NCBI RefSeq assembly: GCF_009914755.1
Contig: NC_060931.1
Reading direction: 5' to 3' (one strand)
Length of the DNA: 64,000 nucleotides
Source: the human T2T-CHM13v2.0 reference genome, Homo sapiens
The number at the start of each line of letters is the position of its first letter. Position 1 is the first letter of the stretch. The translations under genes were made by a program, and so were the position numbers. Of the stretch, positions 61,757 to 64,000 are shown one piece after another. The notes under the pieces were generated by a model that did not search any database, was not told the DNA's origin, and was given only the letters and a program-made list of their open reading frames with translations.

Positions 61757-63540
61757 CTGGCAGAAGGGGCATCGGAAAGACATAGGGAACATGATTGGTG
61801 GCAGGAACAGTATGTTGGGAAAAGCTGTGAATTTCTCATAACATACAACATTGGAGAAACGTGACGGGACTATTAACTTGTCGCCATTCTTGAAATTTTA
61901 ACTCGGAGGTTTTGAGATAATTTAGGTGGAATCTTTTTACTAATTAGAAATCTGAAATACCCTTAAAATACTCTTAAAATACCCAATTTGCAAATACAGG
62001 ATTTTCCTTTGCAGAAACTAATCTTTTGCAATCTGTGACTCCCATTAGCAACCCCACTAGAGGCAAAGAGAGAGAAAACAAAAGAGATGAGATTATCAAA
62101 ATCAATTCACTCCTTGTTGGTGGCTCTTTGGAAAGAAGGTCAAATGGATCACAAGGGCCAGGTTGGTGGTGTGCTGGATTTAAAGCTAAGAATTTCTTTT
62201 CTGTGTTCTGCTGTTTATTAAAACCACACACATGTATACATGTGCCATGTTGGTGTGCTGCACTTATTAACTCGTCATTTAGCATCAGGTATATCTCCTA
62301 ATGCTATCCCTACCCCCTACCCCCACCCCACAACAGTCCCCGGTGTGTGATGTTCCCCATCCTGTGTCCATGTGTATACATATGTAACAAACCTGCACGT
62401 TGTGCACATGTACCCTAAAACTTAAAGTATAATAATAATAAAATTAAAAAATAAAAAAAAACCACACACACACAAAATTGGATTGACTATAATAAAGGGG
62501 AAAATATGTCAAATGTGAAAAGAGATGATACTTTATGAAGGACACAAGACAGAAGAAAAGTTGTCCATGAAGCTTATTAAAAAAAAACTGCAATAAAGTG
62601 TCTGTAATAATCATTATACTGAAAGAAAGGAGTAAATGCTTTAAAAAAAACAGTTACACAAGGATTAAAAAAACTGTTAAAGTTTGAGTTTGACAACTTT
62701 GTGCTTCATCAACAATTTTTACTAACTGTGAATATATTGTTGTAAAGAAAAAAAGATATCATCACAAATTTTGTTTCTGTCTTGTCTACCACATGTTTTT
62801 CTCTTAGTAGAATCTAAATCCAAAACTGCAGCATTGGCGAATTCCACTGAAACTAACGTTATACTTTATTTACAAACTAGTTCATAAATCAGGCAATTTT
62901 AAAAACAGAATGCATTGTCATAAGCATTAGACAAAGATTATACAAATTCAAACACCTACTTTGGCTCCTTCTGTTTGACTAATTCTACACAAAGATACCA
63001 ACTTTGGCCTACTTTTGTGAAACAAACTACTTGAATACTTTGAGAAATATTCCAGAAGGCTTGAAGTGAGGGCCATACTAAATGCATTAAACATCTTAAA
63101 AGTAAGACAAAGCAAATATTTTCATTAAGGCTTTGGCAGTTTTGATTATCCAAGCGTCTTAAGTACAGAACAAAGAATGTGGGCATTTTCAAGAGACTCG
63201 TAAACAGACTTGAAGCTCTGGGACCTGAGACCCAGAACTCCAATCCCAGCCTGTGTCCTTCACAAAAGTGCCTCTATAACAAGCTCTACTTGGGGGAAAT
63301 CATGTTAATCAGAAGTTGTTTTGAGTTATCTGAAATATCACACATTCTCAGTGGTCAGATTATAACATATACAACACTGATGAGGAAAAGATTCTATGGG
63401 TTAGTAGACCACATCACGCGGTACAGTTTGGACATGTTGGTCTAGTATAAAGTCATCTATAATATTTCCCAAATCAAAGGAAGTTCGGTTTTGCCAAAAG
63501 TTTTAAGCAAACATTATTATGGTTTTTAAAATGTCATTAC
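61757..63540 (-). other. CPVL: CPVL intron, 1784 nt, GT-AG
   Basis: Lies between the 99-nt and 174-nt exons; the frame is continuous across the junction (RCT|EPE). Confidence 0.95.
62233..62457 (+). mobile_element. Short 5'-inverted young L1PA (L1PA3-like) insertion
   Basis: Antisense L1 3'UTR piece (about 62233-62374) fused to the sense terminal piece and A tail; 13-bp TSD aaaaccacacaca at 62220-62232 and 62458-62470. Confidence 0.92.
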
Positions 63541-63639
63541 CGTGCACCGCAAAAAGTTATAGTAATTACTACATCCTGTAACATTCTGGAAGTAAGAAGG
63601 ATCACTTGTTAAGTCGCCATCTAGTAGTTTATCCAGTAT
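63541..63639 (-). CDS. CPVL: CPVL internal coding exon, 99 nt, phase 0/0, ILDKLLDGDLTSDPSYFQNVTGCSNYYNFLRCT (approx. aa 289-321)
   Basis: Manual minus-strand translation matches recalled human CPVL. Acceptor ...ttctttctttctccctctctcccaacctAG (AG = 63641-63640) with a long pyrimidine tract; donor GTaatg (63540-63539). Joins in frame to EPEDQ of the next exon. Too short for the ORF track. Confidence 0.96.
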
Positions 63640-63709
63640 CTAGGTTGGGAGAGAGGGAGAAAGAAAGAAAGAAAGAAAACATCAGTGTGGATAAAAATGT
63701 ACAGACATT

Positions 63710-63985
63710 TGTCATTTCATTTATTCAACAACTTTTTCATTCCTTTATTGTTTCATCCAGCGCCCACTTATTGTGCATATTCTCTGTGCTAGACACTGTC
63801 ATGGCACTGGAGAAATGGCCATCAACAAAACAGACCAATGGTCCTCCCCCATGGAGCTTTTATTCTGGTGGGGGACAACAAGCATTTCTAAGTAAATTAT
63901 ATCATATGGTAGACAGTGATAAACTCTTGAGTATGTTAGGGAATGACAAGGAGAAAACTAAAGAGGAGTAGGAAGTGTCATGTGT
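63710..63985 (-). mobile_element. L2 3' end fragment
   Basis: cattcctttattgtttcatccagc...ctctgtgctagacactgt...aacaaaacagac...catggagctttt. Confidence 0.78.
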
Positions 63986-64000
63986 GTGCATGTGTGTATG

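Noticed and set aside
61553-61792. 79-aa ORF starting at its own Met
   Set aside because: The N- and C-terminal residues are intronic; the real exon is 61583-61756.

Overview
Human-type (primate) genomic DNA, AT-rich and dominated by repeats. The whole window lies inside CPVL (carboxypeptidase, vitellogenic-like; serine carboxypeptidase family S10), transcribed from the minus strand. Three coding exons can be read directly with GT-AG boundaries: 63541-63639 (not in the ORF track), 61583-61756 and 28090-28272, the last carrying the catalytic Asp motif GQLD. The terminal exon with the catalytic His is not in the window and should lie left of base 1. The rest is intron filled with transposable elements: 22 Alu copies, an apparently full-length ancient L1MA-type element with nested LTR and Alu insertions, an L1PB, L1MB/L1MC/L1ME fragments, a 5'-inverted young L1PA, MaLR/ERVL solo LTRs, hAT DNA transposons, MIR and L2. 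Nearly all supplied ORFs are repeat-derived or chance frames. I see no new protein-coding system. The most unusual signals are structural. An 88-bp L1MB-type segment inserted in the L1PB matches a gap in the L1MB 2.7 kb away. One target site was hit repeatedly and holds an Alu-monomer/L1 composite. A hAT element has a 13-15 bp flanking duplication. Plus-strand splice and polyA signals are compatible with an antisense transcript. Repeat subfamily names come from recalled consensus sequences and need RepeatMasker/Dfam confirmation; repeat boundaries are approximate unless a target-site duplication (TSD) is given.
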